A DNA stretch of 64,000 nucleotides from a virus. Under the pieces are notes generated by a model. The model was not told the origin of the DNA. It saw nothing but the letters and a program-made list of their open reading frames with translations, and ran no database searches. The position numbers were made by a program, and so were the translations under genes. Shown here one piece after another: positions 20,511-30,047 of this stretch. The first letter of the stretch is position 1. Each line of letters begins with the position of its first letter. Location: positions 2,427-66,426 of the IMG/VR virus record IMGVR_UViG_3300032307_001129; one strand, written 5' to 3'.

Positions 20511-21256
20511 AACATTCAGAAGTATTAAGTAGATATGTGAATACCGGTACACAAATACCAGAAAAACAATATGACCGTTTAACACCAGTGTTAAAGAAGT
20601 CTTATCTTAGAATGAGAAGGGTTGCAGGTTATGACGGTTGGGAATTTAAATTTTTAACTGATGATGAAAGAATAAAATCTATTGAAAAAAAAGGTAAAGA
20701 ATTACTTCAAAATGAAATAAATTATTTACTTTATAGTTCAAATGATAATGACCTTATTGCAACAAAAATTATTGATGTGAAAGGTGAAAAATTGAGTCAT
20801 TATGATATATATCATTTAGTTAAACGATCAAAAAGTATAGATAATATCGCAATAAAAATTATTGAAGTAAAAGGTGAAGATTTGGATTATAATGATATAC
20901 ATGAATTAATTCATTATTCACGTAATAAAGACCTTATTGCAACAAAAATTATTGATGTAAAAGGTGAAAAATTGTGGTCACAAGAAATAAAAATTTTACT
21001 TCAATATACTTCTGAAAACATTGAAGTAAAAATAATTCAAACAAAAGAAATTAAATTAAGTAAAATCGATATAAATAATTTACTTACATATTCAAAAGAT
21101 AAAGAATTAATAAAGAAATTATTATTACAAAAAGGTATTGATTATAAATTAATAAATGATGTAATAACAAGTTATAATATAGATACCCCATTAATACCAG
21201 ACAATTACCAATCAATGTTAAATGAGATAAAAAGGATTAAAGAGATAATGAAATAA
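20507..21256 (+). CDS. 30-aa repeat protein, paralog 3 (5 repeats)
   Basis: Near-identical termini to its neighbours; ATGA overlap. Confidence 0.85.
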   Translation: MKHSEVLSRYVNTGTQIPEKQYDRLTPVLKKSYLRMRRVAGYDGWEFKFLTDDERIKSIEKKGKELLQNEINYLLYSSNDNDLIATKIIDVKGEKLSHYDIYHLVKRSKSIDNIAIKIIEVKGEDLDYNDIHELIHYSRNKDLIATKIIDVKGEKLWSQEIKILLQYTSENIEVKIIQTKEIKLSKIDINNLLTYSKDKELIKKLLLQKGIDYKLINDVITSYNIDTPLIPDNYQSMLNEIKRIKEIMK

Positions 21257-21262
21257 ATATTT

Positions 21263-21424
21263 TTAATAAAAATATACTATCACATTACATTCATTAAATA
21301 ACTTCATACTTTTTTCTTGAGATTCTTCCCATTTCTCTTTATTCTTTGTTGTACATTCTTTTTTACACCAAACGACTTGTATCCCCACATTTACAATGGC
21401 TCGAGCACAGTCCATACAGGGTAC
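21263..21424 (-). pseudogene. orphan 3' fragment of dCMP deaminase
   Basis: Reads VPCMDCARAIVNVGIQVVWCKK...WEES...FNECNVIVYFY*; 23/53 identical to the C-terminus of 22306-22746; preceded by an in-frame TGA. Confidence 0.9.
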
Positions 21425-21435
21425 TCAAATGACAG

Positions 21436-22284
21436 TTAACTACGTTCAATATTCCAATTATATCCTAAATAGTTAGAATTGGATATTATTTTTCTTTTAA
21501 AAGTTGTTAATGGTATTTTAAAATAATTAGAGGCAGATTTGAAAGATTCAAAATGTAAACTTTCGTGTTGATTTTCAATATTTATCGAAACACTATCACC
21601 TAAACTTTTATTTAATGTATCAATCATTTTTTTAAATTCATTATATTTTTCCCATTTTCTTTTTAGATATATTGATGAGTCTTTATATAAAAAATCTAAA
21701 AATTTATTTACATTCCTATTACCACAAATCCTTAAATCAAATATATTTTTTTCATCTTTATACCTTTTTGATAAGTTACATTTAATCTTTAAATTATTAT
21801 AAATAAAATCACTAAAAAAATTAAAAAATTCAATTGTACAACAAATATTTATTGTAGAATTAAATGTATTTCTTGTTTTATAAAATGTAATTGATCCATC
21901 ACCATCATAATATCCCCTTAAAAAATGTATTAATAGATTATTGTTTATTTTATCAAGTTTATTTGGGGTTGCGGTTAAACTTTTATTTTGATTGACTCCC
22001 AATTTTTTTAAATCATTTACTATTTTTTTTCTTGTTATTAATAATCGATATTGATTTTTAGTGTTTTTTTCTTTTCTTTTTATTAATTGTAATGGTTTAT
22101 TAGTATTAATAGAAGTTTTTAATTTTTCTAAAATATCAATATCATTATACTGTAGTGTTAATGACATATAATTTCTTTTCTCATTTAAATATCCATCGGC
22201 AAAAATAATACCTAAAAAATACGATTTTTCTTCATTATCTATATCCTCAAAATATTTCTCATTAATTTCATAAAATGGTTTCAT
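21436..22284 (-). mobile_element. free-standing double-motif LAGLIDADG homing endonuclease
   Basis: YFLGIIFADGYL and HFLRGYYDGDGSI; C-terminal NUMOD1-like HTH (FESFKSASNYF). Confidence 0.9.
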
Positions 22285-22305
22285 ACTATATAAATATACT
22301 CAATT

Positions 22306-22746
22306 TTAATAAAAATTTAATTTTATATTACATTCTTTAAACATTTCTAATGTTTTCTTTTTGGATTCAATCCAATGATTTCCTTTAACATCATCTTCGA
22401 TATTTTTACAAAAAACTTCCACAATACCACTATTAATTATTAATTTAGCACAATCTGAACATGGAACACCACAAGTCAAATATATTTTTGAGTTTTTTAA
22501 TGAAACACCAATTCTAGCTGCGTTAACAATTGAATTTGCCTCAGCATGAATCATCCAAAAGTATTTTTCAGGTCTTTCCTGTCTTTCTTTTATGGTGTCG
22601 TCTAAACCCCTCGGAAATGAGTTATATCCTGTCGATAAGACTTCATTATCCATACCAACAATAATAGCACCTATTTGTGTTGATTCGTCTTTAGACTTCA
22701 ATTTTATCTGTTCTGCAATGTTTAAAAAATATTCGGTCCAGTTCAT
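22306..22746 (-). CDS. cd: dCMP deaminase
   Basis: SKD...GAII, STGYN, HAEAN, PCSDC zinc motif. Confidence 0.93.
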   Translation of the reverse strand: MNWTEYFLNIAEQIKLKSKDESTQIGAIIVGMDNEVLSTGYNSFPRGLDDTIKERQERPEKYFWMIHAEANSIVNAARIGVSLKNSKIYLTCGVPCSDCAKLIINSGIVEVFCKNIEDDVKGNHWIESKKKTLEMFKECNIKLNFY

Positions 22747-22940
22747 GATAATTTTTGTTTGGATATATAATGTAGTTTGTTGTTTTGGTATAAACCAATA
22801 TTTTGGGCAATACCTTTTTCTACTAATTTACCTATTTCAGTAAAACTTTTGGTATCGTTTAATGAAATTCCAATAATGAATTTTTCATTATCAACTTTTT
22901 CGTAAGTTACTGGTTTTATGATTTTACTTTGGTCTTCCAT
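22743..22940 (-). CDS. hypothetical protein
   Basis: 65-aa ORF coupled to the deaminase; TATATTTG upstream. Confidence 0.55.
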   Translation of the reverse strand: MEDQSKIIKPVTYEKVDNEKFIIGISLNDTKSFTEIGKLVEKGIAQNIGLYQNNKLHYISKQKLS

Positions 22941-22951
22941 TTTTTTTAATG

Positions 22952-22959
22952 CAAATATA
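22952..22959 (-). promoter_or_regulatory. Bacteroidota-type -7 promoter element (TATATTTG)
   Basis: Matches TAnnTTTG, 12 bp upstream of the 22940 start. Confidence 0.5.
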
Positions 22960-22974
22960 ATAATTAAAATTAAT

Positions 22975-23006
22975 AAAAAAAGGGAATCCCTTTCGAGATT
23001 CCCTTT
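22975..23006 (-). terminator. intrinsic terminator after the major capsid gene
   Basis: AAAGGGAATC...GATTCCCTTT stem with U-tract on the minus strand. Confidence 0.8.
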
Positions 23007-23028
23007 ATATGTTTAAGAGTAATTAATA

Positions 23029-24747
23029 TTATCTTAATGTTTCAGTTCCAAATGTAGTCAAACCAAATACGTCAATTACACCATAGTAACGGTTATTAAC
23101 CATTTTCTTTGCGTAACGAGTCATAATACCCTTAATTGGGGTAAAGTTAAATGGGTTATACATAGTTGGAGTCAACTGTAATGGTACGTAAGGTGCGTAA
23201 ATATAACCTGCGTCCAATAATGATTTTCCTTTATGACCAATCATAATTTTACCTGCTGGTAAATATGGGTCACGGAATACTTGGTAACGACCAGCTAATG
23301 AACCAATTTTCTCAATACCCATGTTGTATTGGTCTTGCTCAGGATGTGCGTTTGATACGTGGAAATATTCCAAATCATCAAATACTGCAGATACTTCAGA
23401 AGATACTACAACCCAGTTAGCTCCACCACGAAGAGTTGTCTTGTGGATTTGTGCTGAAATTTGGTTAATTTTGGTTACCAATGTTTGGTTCCAATCTTTT
23501 TGAGTATAACCCAAGAATGGTGTATTACCAGTTGCACCATATCTCCATTCATTATAATCCCACTTGCTTCTCCATGCAGCACCCTTACGGATATCACGAA
23601 GAATTTCACGGTCGATTTCTGCAGCAATTTGTTCAGACAATAAAGCCGTTAATTCTGCCTCAGCATCGATATTATGGAATGCAGATACGTCTTGAGCAAG
23701 TTCAGGAGACCAGCTAGCCCTTAACTTTCTTTCAGTAACTGATACAGTTACAGACTGAAGGTCAAATGATACTTCACCAATTTCTTCTTCAAATTCTAAA
23801 GATGCATATGTTTTATAAGTAATCTTAAAATTAGCAATTGCTAAGTCGTTAGAACTAAAATCAGAACCTGCAAATCCTGTAGTTGCGTCATAAGTTTCTA
23901 GATCTACACTTAAATAGATTTTTCCTTCTTCATCACAAATATCATTATATTTTTCAAGATTCGATCCAGATTTTTGACCGTATTCAATAAGACCTTTACC
24001 ATATTTTTGTGTTACAACATTAAAGTTTTTAACACCATTATTACCTGTGGTATTTCCAGTAATTTCAACAGATAATGAAGCTAAAAATTCCTCGGTATCC
24101 ATAACGTTTCCATCGGCACCAACTAATTTACCTTGTCCAGCCTTTGTAAAACCACTTACAACAACAATTGCATTAGATACTGACGCACCACTTAAAGCGG
24201 TTGTAGTTTCTGATGGTACACCACCACTAAAAGTAACAAATGCAAATGGTGTGGTAGTTGTAACAGTTGCGGTTCCTCTTGAATAATCAAAAAGACCTTG
24301 GTCAGCTGAGTCACTCTCTTCATAAAAACGGTCATAAAGACTTCTTGTAGAAGTGTAACCAGCAGCAGGGTCAGTTTCGTTACTTGGATAACCGAAAGGT
24401 GCTGCTTTAGTATCTTGAATTTTAGGTACAAAGAAGAACAATTTACCAATAGGTAAATTCATCGCTTGTACAGACACGATATCGTTAGCTAACAATTTAG
24501 AAAACACCCTACGAATGATAGGGAATACAACTGTTTCAAATGAACCACTTGCGTCAGAAACCGCAGCTTCGTTAATTAAATAACTTGCTTGGTTTTCATA
24601 TAATTGTGCTACGTTATCTTTTTGGTGACCGTCAAGTCCTTCTAGGAAACCGAGGTCGTTCCATTTTTTAATGGTATCTTCTTTGATAACACGTAGGTGT
24701 TTTAAACCAATGTTACCAACCATACCAGATTCTAATAATGCTCCCAT
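23029..24747 (-). CDS. gp23: major capsid protein (T4 gp23-like)
   Basis: VSVQAMNLPIGKLF, RKLRASWSPELAQD, AEIDREI, YAPYVPLQ, GIMTRY. Confidence 0.97.
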   Translation of the reverse strand: MGALLESGMVGNIGLKHLRVIKEDTIKKWNDLGFLEGLDGHQKDNVAQLYENQASYLINEAAVSDASGSFETVVFPIIRRVFSKLLANDIVSVQAMNLPIGKLFFFVPKIQDTKAAPFGYPSNETDPAAGYTSTRSLYDRFYEESDSADQGLFDYSRGTATVTTTTPFAFVTFSGGVPSETTTALSGASVSNAIVVVSGFTKAGQGKLVGADGNVMDTEEFLASLSVEITGNTTGNNGVKNFNVVTQKYGKGLIEYGQKSGSNLEKYNDICDEEGKIYLSVDLETYDATTGFAGSDFSSNDLAIANFKITYKTYASLEFEEEIGEVSFDLQSVTVSVTERKLRASWSPELAQDVSAFHNIDAEAELTALLSEQIAAEIDREILRDIRKGAAWRSKWDYNEWRYGATGNTPFLGYTQKDWNQTLVTKINQISAQIHKTTLRGGANWVVVSSEVSAVFDDLEYFHVSNAHPEQDQYNMGIEKIGSLAGRYQVFRDPYLPAGKIMIGHKGKSLLDAGYIYAPYVPLQLTPTMYNPFNFTPIKGIMTRYAKKMVNNRYYGVIDVFGLTTFGTETLR

Positions 24748-24771
24748 TTTTAATTTTTTAATTTTAATTTT

Positions 24772-26043
24772 TTATTTTAATTTTGACATTAAGTCTTTCA
24801 TTCTTCTAAACTGAGGATTTTCATAAGCTTTCGATTCAGAAAGAACCTGAGTTGAGGAAGAAGTACTCGGACTTGTCCTTAGTTTTTCAACCACAGATTC
24901 AGATACAGGTTTTTTTGTATCTAAATCATTTTTAAGATTATTGTAAAGATTCTTTGATTCTTTTAATGTTGAAACCGAATCAAATTTCTTTAAAATGTTT
25001 ATTTTTTCTTTTTTTGTGGTAGAATGTTCAGTAAATAAACGTGTAGCGTAAGCTAAATTAGCATTGAATACAGCAACTTCATTAAGTTTATCTTTAAAAA
25101 GAATTAATGCTTTTCTATATTCTGTATTCTGTTTTTTTAGTTTCGTTACTTCTTCATTAATTGCACCTGATGCAAATAATTTCTTACCTTTTATTCCTGC
25201 TCTGTCAGCACCACCTTTGTCTCCGTGTATATTCCATTTAGTTCTGGCAGCTTCACCCATTTCTTCTTCAGGTTCACCATCAAGGTCTATTTCATATACC
25301 ACTTCGTCATCGTCATTCATATGACTTTTAATTGCATCATCAAAATCATCTTCTTCGTCCATTGACATATCTTCGTCACCAAAGAATGAATCTTCATCTT
25401 CTTCGTCCATTGACATATCTTCGTCACCAAAGAATGAATCTTCATCTTCTTCGTCCATTGGATATTCGTCCATTTCTGATTCGTCTAATTTAATGATATA
25501 TTCATTATCACCATCTTTAAATTCGATTTGACCATCGTCTTTTTTAACGATAAACCCATCTTCAGGTTTCATTGCTTTAAAAATTCTTAAAACTTCTTCA
25601 GGACTTGCGTCTGTTGCGTTAAAAACTTCACTGTCTTGTGAATCAAACCCACCCATATCAGGTTGGTCGTCACCCATATTTAAACTATCGAAATCTGATT
25701 CTTCATCATCCATGTCTAATTCTTCATCATCCATTTCTGAATCTTCATCATCCATTTCTGATTCTTCATCGTCCATGTCTAATTCTTCATCATCCATTTC
25801 TGAATCTTCATCATCCATTTCTTCATTATCAAGGTCTTCATCACCTTCATCAGGTACATCTTTTTTTCCTTTCTTAGGAGCCTGTTCGTAAACATCGTCC
25901 TCTTCTTCCAAAGATTCTTTCAACAAATCATTTAGTTCTTGTTTCATAGTAGAAGCAAGTATACCTTTTGCGTTTGTTTTTACGGCCTCTTCAAGTGTTT
26001 GAACTTGAAGCAATGCTTGTTCTAAAATTGATTTTTCGTTCAT
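24772..26043 (-). CDS. prohead core/scaffold protein (gp22-like position)
   Basis: Lies between protease and capsid genes; highly acidic repeats; coiled-coil LNEVAVFNANLAY. Confidence 0.75.
   Translation of the reverse strand: MNEKSILEQALLQVQTLEEAVKTNAKGILASTMKQELNDLLKESLEEEDDVYEQAPKKGKKDVPDEGDEDLDNEEMDDEDSEMDDEELDMDDEESEMDDEDSEMDDEELDMDDEESDFDSLNMGDDQPDMGGFDSQDSEVFNATDASPEEVLRIFKAMKPEDGFIVKKDDGQIEFKDGDNEYIIKLDESEMDEYPMDEEDEDSFFGDEDMSMDEEDEDSFFGDEDMSMDEEDDFDDAIKSHMNDDDEVVYEIDLDGEPEEEMGEAARTKWNIHGDKGGADRAGIKGKKLFASGAINEEVTKLKKQNTEYRKALILFKDKLNEVAVFNANLAYATRLFTEHSTTKKEKINILKKFDSVSTLKESKNLYNNLKNDLDTKKPVSESVVEKLRTSPSTSSSTQVLSESKAYENPQFRRMKDLMSKLK
25345..25825. repeat. in-frame tandem repeats encoding acidic tracts
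   Basis: 48-bp duplication (EEDEDSFFGDEDMSMD x2) and 21-bp MDDE(E/D)xx units. Confidence 0.8.
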
Positions 26044-26062
26044 TTGGAAATTTATTTTTTAT

Positions 26063-26070
26063 ATAAATAT
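26063..26070 (-). promoter_or_regulatory. putative late promoter ATATTTAT (representative copy)
   Basis: Same coding-strand motif upstream of many genes, e.g. 9481, 13575, 22290, 31825, 35675, 37717, 41059, 48707, 49145, 58693. Confidence 0.65.
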
Positions 26071-26082
26071 CTTAATATTATA

Positions 26083-26117
26083 AAAAAAACCAGTTTCTAT
26101 AAAAAAAACTGGTTTTT
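26083..26117. terminator. hairpin terminator between protease and scaffold genes
   Basis: AAAAACCAGTTT...AAACTGGTTTTT. Confidence 0.6.
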
Positions 26118-26143
26118 AGTAACAAAAACATGAATAAATTTTT

Positions 26144-26845
26144 TTATTTATACAAGAAATTATCTAATTTATTCATTAAATTTTTCATCTTATCTATAGA
26201 CTGTGGTTTTTCCTCAGTTGATTCCTCATAATTATTTCTATCATCCAAATTTTTAAATATATATGCACCAGGTGTTGATGGTGATGACACTAAATCAAAA
26301 CAAACTAATTCAAAATCATCTTGAACAATATTTTGTCCTTTTATATTTTTTAAAGAACCAACACCTCTTGATGAGATACCTAATGTTGCTCCATTCATTA
26401 AAAGCATAGCAGCTTGGTCTCCCTTAGTACTAACTATTCCCATTTTTCTCCATCCTGGTGATGTGAACAGTTTAATTTTCCCCATTAAAATTTTACCATC
26501 CCACCATGTTTCAGTTATCGAATGAGAAACTCTATCTAAATCTATTAAACTTGATGAAGGGTGGTTTAATTCATTTAACGCACCACCTTTCCTAATTATA
26601 TTTTGATACTTTTCGTTTTCTCTTTTTAATAATGTTTCAGGATAAATACGACCATTTTTATTTGGTGTATCAAACTTTTGTAAAACAGCATGTAATACCA
26701 CATCTTCAAAAAAATTGGTATCTTTCATTTCAGATATAATCTTTTTATTATCATTTGGGGAAACATGACCCGCATCGTATTCAATTAAAAGTTTCCTTCC
26801 GTCTTTAAATGTATATTCTTTTTCCATATTTAATAAATAGTTCAC
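26144..26845 (-). CDS. gp21: prohead protease (gp21-like)
   Basis: PNKNGRIYP, ELNHP, LDRVSH, GISSRGVGS, FDLVSSPSTPGAY; real start probably the second Met. Confidence 0.93.
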   Translation of the reverse strand: MNYLLNMEKEYTFKDGRKLLIEYDAGHVSPNDNKKIISEMKDTNFFEDVVLHAVLQKFDTPNKNGRIYPETLLKRENEKYQNIIRKGGALNELNHPSSSLIDLDRVSHSITETWWDGKILMGKIKLFTSPGWRKMGIVSTKGDQAAMLLMNGATLGISSRGVGSLKNIKGQNIVQDDFELVCFDLVSSPSTPGAYIFKNLDDRNNYEESTEEKPQSIDKMKNLMNKLDNFLYK

Positions 26846-26872
26846 AGAAATTTATTATATATAAATATTAAA

Positions 26873-27298
26873 TTATTTCTTTTTATTATGAAAATTAAAA
26901 AGAATTTCATTGGTTAATATATCGTCGATAATATATTGTGATAAATTAATAATTAATTGTTTAATTTCTTTTGACTTTAATTCAAATTTTTTATCCACAT
27001 ATAAGGTTATTTCTAAATCCATAAATGACCTTTTATTTGTTTTTATACTACTTGTTTTAATGTCTAAATCAACAATAGATTCTTGTTTAAAATAAACACA
27101 ATTTAAATTAAAAATGTGGTGTTTAATTACTTTACTTATTTTTGATATAATTTTTTGAAAATTATTGTTTTCTTCAGTAGGTTGTGTCCAAGAATTTAAC
27201 TTGATATAAATTGTTTTTAAGTTTTTGTAATCTACTGTTCCATAACCTATCTTAACATTGTTATGTGTGTTTACGTTAATAAATTTTCCTTTTTTCAT
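26873..27298 (-). CDS. hypothetical protein in head module
   Basis: 141-aa ORF. Confidence 0.6.
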   Translation of the reverse strand: MKKGKFINVNTHNNVKIGYGTVDYKNLKTIYIKLNSWTQPTEENNNFQKIISKISKVIKHHIFNLNCVYFKQESIVDLDIKTSSIKTNKRSFMDLEITLYVDKKFELKSKEIKQLIINLSQYIIDDILTNEILFNFHNKKK

Positions 27299-27379
27299 TA
27301 AATAATATTCATGTCTATTTTTTATGGTGTGTATTTAAAATATACATAATAAATTTAAAAAATCAAAATTTATAACAAT

Positions 27380-27413
27380 AAAAAAACCTTAGACTATTTT
27401 GTCTAAGGTTTTT
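27380..27413. terminator. intrinsic terminator
   Basis: AAAAAACCTTAGAC...GTCTAAGGTTTTT. Confidence 0.75.
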
Positions 27414-27435
27414 ACATATAAAGTATTAAGATATT

Positions 27436-28188
27436 TTAAAGTAAACCTTCTTTAAGTTCTAGTAATTTAAAGTAATTATATTTTGATAATTCTTTTTCAT
27501 TTATTTGTTTTTTAACGTTACTAAGTTTTTCTATTAACGAATTATCATTTGACTCATTTAAGATATTTTCTATTCTACTATTTAATTCAAATTTCAAATG
27601 ACTTGTTTCATTAATTAATGTTTCTTCATTCATTGACATAATATCTTTAAATTTTTTCTTTTGGTCTTCATTTAAAAAATCACCGTATTTTATATTAAAG
27701 TTACTTACTAATACATTGTTTAGTAATGAAAAATTTTCAATCTGAACATTTGAAAGTCCATCTTTTTTAATTTCTTTTTCTTTCATTAAGAAATTAATAA
27801 ATTTTTCTTTAGATTCAAATTTAGTATTAATATTATTAATATTATGTTCTTCAGATAATGTATCTAACCATTCGTACAATTCGTTCTTTTCAATAACTAC
27901 ATCTTTTAAAATTTTATCTAATTTTTTACAATCCGTATTTATTGTTTTCATTTTTTGAATGAAATGAGGTTCCAAAGTTTCAACAAATAATCTTGCATTA
28001 TCTTTTTGTACAATATGTGTTGTTTCCATATCTTCATAAAATTTATAAACTTCAACCAAATTTTTATTAGACTTTAATTTTTTTATTAAGTCTTTTAATT
28101 CTTTCTTATTACCTGAATTGTAAGCTTCGGTTAATTTAACCAATACTTTTGTTTTTAATTCACCAAATTTTGTCATATTATTCTTCAT
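27436..28188 (-). CDS. hypothetical helical protein downstream of portal
   Basis: 250-aa ORF overlapping the portal stop. Confidence 0.65.
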   Translation of the reverse strand: MKNNMTKFGELKTKVLVKLTEAYNSGNKKELKDLIKKLKSNKNLVEVYKFYEDMETTHIVQKDNARLFVETLEPHFIQKMKTINTDCKKLDKILKDVVIEKNELYEWLDTLSEEHNINNINTKFESKEKFINFLMKEKEIKKDGLSNVQIENFSLLNNVLVSNFNIKYGDFLNEDQKKKFKDIMSMNEETLINETSHLKFELNSRIENILNESNDNSLIEKLSNVKKQINEKELSKYNYFKLLELKEGLL

Positions 28189-29992
28189 TTAAAATATTTT
28201 TTAGTTTATTTTCTATTTCATAAATATTCTTTTGTGCCTTATTGATGTCAAATAATTCACTTAATTCATCACCTTCACCTAACATATTTAATAAATTTCT
28301 CCTCTTTGTTGATTCGGCTAATGGTGCTGAAGTTTCAGTAGATGGTGGTGTTGAAGAACCTCCCATATCCATACCACCCATTTCACCGCCAGCGCCAGCA
28401 TCTGCATTTTGTGATTTTTCTAACTTATCCCTTTCCTCTTTAGAAATACCATATTTTGAATCAACATCATCGAAAACACCTGAACGTTTAATTACATTTT
28501 GAGTGTTTTGTAATTCAATACCCATTGCTCTTTCTAACCTTTGTTGTTGTAAATCAAGTAAAACTTCATTGTCACTCATACCTAAAATATTTTTCTTAGC
28601 CCAAGTATGTGAAACAGGTAAAATACCTAATTGTGAATTATCTGATGTTGCATCTTTATATAGTAAGATTTTTTCTTTCCATTGTTCTATTCTTAATAAA
28701 TCAGATTGTGCTGATGGATTTGTCAAAGAAAGAGTAAAATTATCTAATTCATCTTCCATTCCAAGAAGATAAAGATGCATTAAAGCTATTTTATTTAACT
28801 CCTGAACTAATGATTTTTGTATTCTATTAATTGTTCTAGCGAAACGGATATCCATTAACGCTAATTGTTTACCATCACCAACAACTTCTTCAAATCCTAA
28901 AAATGCTTTAGGAATACGAAGAGCCGCCAACATTTTCTTTTGAATGTATTCGATATCGGCAATCTCACCTAAATTTTGTGCTCCTGGTAATGTTTCTATT
29001 GGGTTAGTTTGAGTAGCGTCACGAACAGGAATAAAATAATCTTGGTCTACTGCCATTTGATTATATCTCATATCTATTTGTCCATTCCTTGAATCAACTA
29101 TTTGGTCTCTTTTAAATTTATTAGCAACACGTTGAACATAAGATTCAATGTCCTTATCGTCCATATTACCAACAAACACTTTAAAAACTCTTCTTTCTGG
29201 TGCTCTAGTTGTTCTATAAATTAACATCGCGTCTTCAGCTAGAAGTAATTGTTTCCAAATTCTTCTAATCTTATCTAACATACTGGTTCCATATGGAAGT
29301 TTCCTATCATCACCCAACAATCTAAAATGTGCCATTTCCCATGCTTGGAATTCTAACTCTTTATTAGTCCATTGAAATCTTAGTTCCCTTGTTGGTATAT
29401 TATTAGTTCTTTGATTCGGTGATTTAGATTCTCTCCCTTCAATTCTTTGTATTTCAATATTTGGTAATTGTTGACAACCAATAATACCTTTTTCAGGATC
29501 TATTTTTAAGTAAACAAAATTATCACCATACTTACAAACACCTCTGGTCCACATTTGTAAATTTGTGTTTAAATCTAATCTATTTAAAAAAAGGTCTTCT
29601 AAAATTGTCTTAACTCTAGTTGATTCTGAAAAAATAGTTAAAATTTCACCTTTTTCAGAAAGTGTTGTGGATTCTTCAGCATATATATCTAAGGCTGCCG
29701 ATATTTCTGGAGTAAATTCCATACTTTCATAATCATAATAGGCTGACAATCTATTAGGTTCATAATAAACCGACTGATTATATAATGATTGATCTAATTT
29801 AGTCCATTTATCGGCAATATATTGATTTTGTTGTGCTTGTAATGCGGCTTTTTCGTACTCCTCTCTACTATTTGTTTTTAGTATTTCATCTTTAGAAAAA
29901 TTAAATGACGGAGCTTCTTCTGGTCTCAATTTTCCAGGAAAACCAAACATTTGTGTTAATCTTTGAAATACTGTTAAATTACTATCTGCCAT
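28178..29992 (-). CDS. gp20: portal protein (gp20-like)
   Basis: QLLLAEDAMLIYRTTRAPERRVF, DYFIPVR, IETLPGAQNLGEIADIEY. Confidence 0.95.
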   Translation of the reverse strand: MADSNLTVFQRLTQMFGFPGKLRPEEAPSFNFSKDEILKTNSREEYEKAALQAQQNQYIADKWTKLDQSLYNQSVYYEPNRLSAYYDYESMEFTPEISAALDIYAEESTTLSEKGEILTIFSESTRVKTILEDLFLNRLDLNTNLQMWTRGVCKYGDNFVYLKIDPEKGIIGCQQLPNIEIQRIEGRESKSPNQRTNNIPTRELRFQWTNKELEFQAWEMAHFRLLGDDRKLPYGTSMLDKIRRIWKQLLLAEDAMLIYRTTRAPERRVFKVFVGNMDDKDIESYVQRVANKFKRDQIVDSRNGQIDMRYNQMAVDQDYFIPVRDATQTNPIETLPGAQNLGEIADIEYIQKKMLAALRIPKAFLGFEEVVGDGKQLALMDIRFARTINRIQKSLVQELNKIALMHLYLLGMEDELDNFTLSLTNPSAQSDLLRIEQWKEKILLYKDATSDNSQLGILPVSHTWAKKNILGMSDNEVLLDLQQQRLERAMGIELQNTQNVIKRSGVFDDVDSKYGISKEERDKLEKSQNADAGAGGEMGGMDMGGSSTPPSTETSAPLAESTKRRNLLNMLGEGDELSELFDINKAQKNIYEIENKLKNILNEE

Positions 29993-30047
29993 ATATGTAA
30001 ATACTTTTAATTAAATATAGTTAATTATTTGATAATTATGAACAATC

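Noticed and set aside
18982-21256. CRISPR array or DGR template/variable repeat pair
   Set aside because: The repeats are in-frame 90-bp coding units without unique spacers. No reverse transcriptase or non-coding template copy is visible in the window.
21425-22467. Group I intron or intein in dCMP deaminase
   Set aside because: The upstream gene is complete with its own stop. Only 11 and 21 nt flank the endonuclease ORF, too little for a ribozyme core, and there are no intein termini.
26845-28190. Phage-encoded ribosomal protein bS21 near the head genes
   Set aside because: No ORF with bS21-like sequence was seen here; it could lie outside the window.
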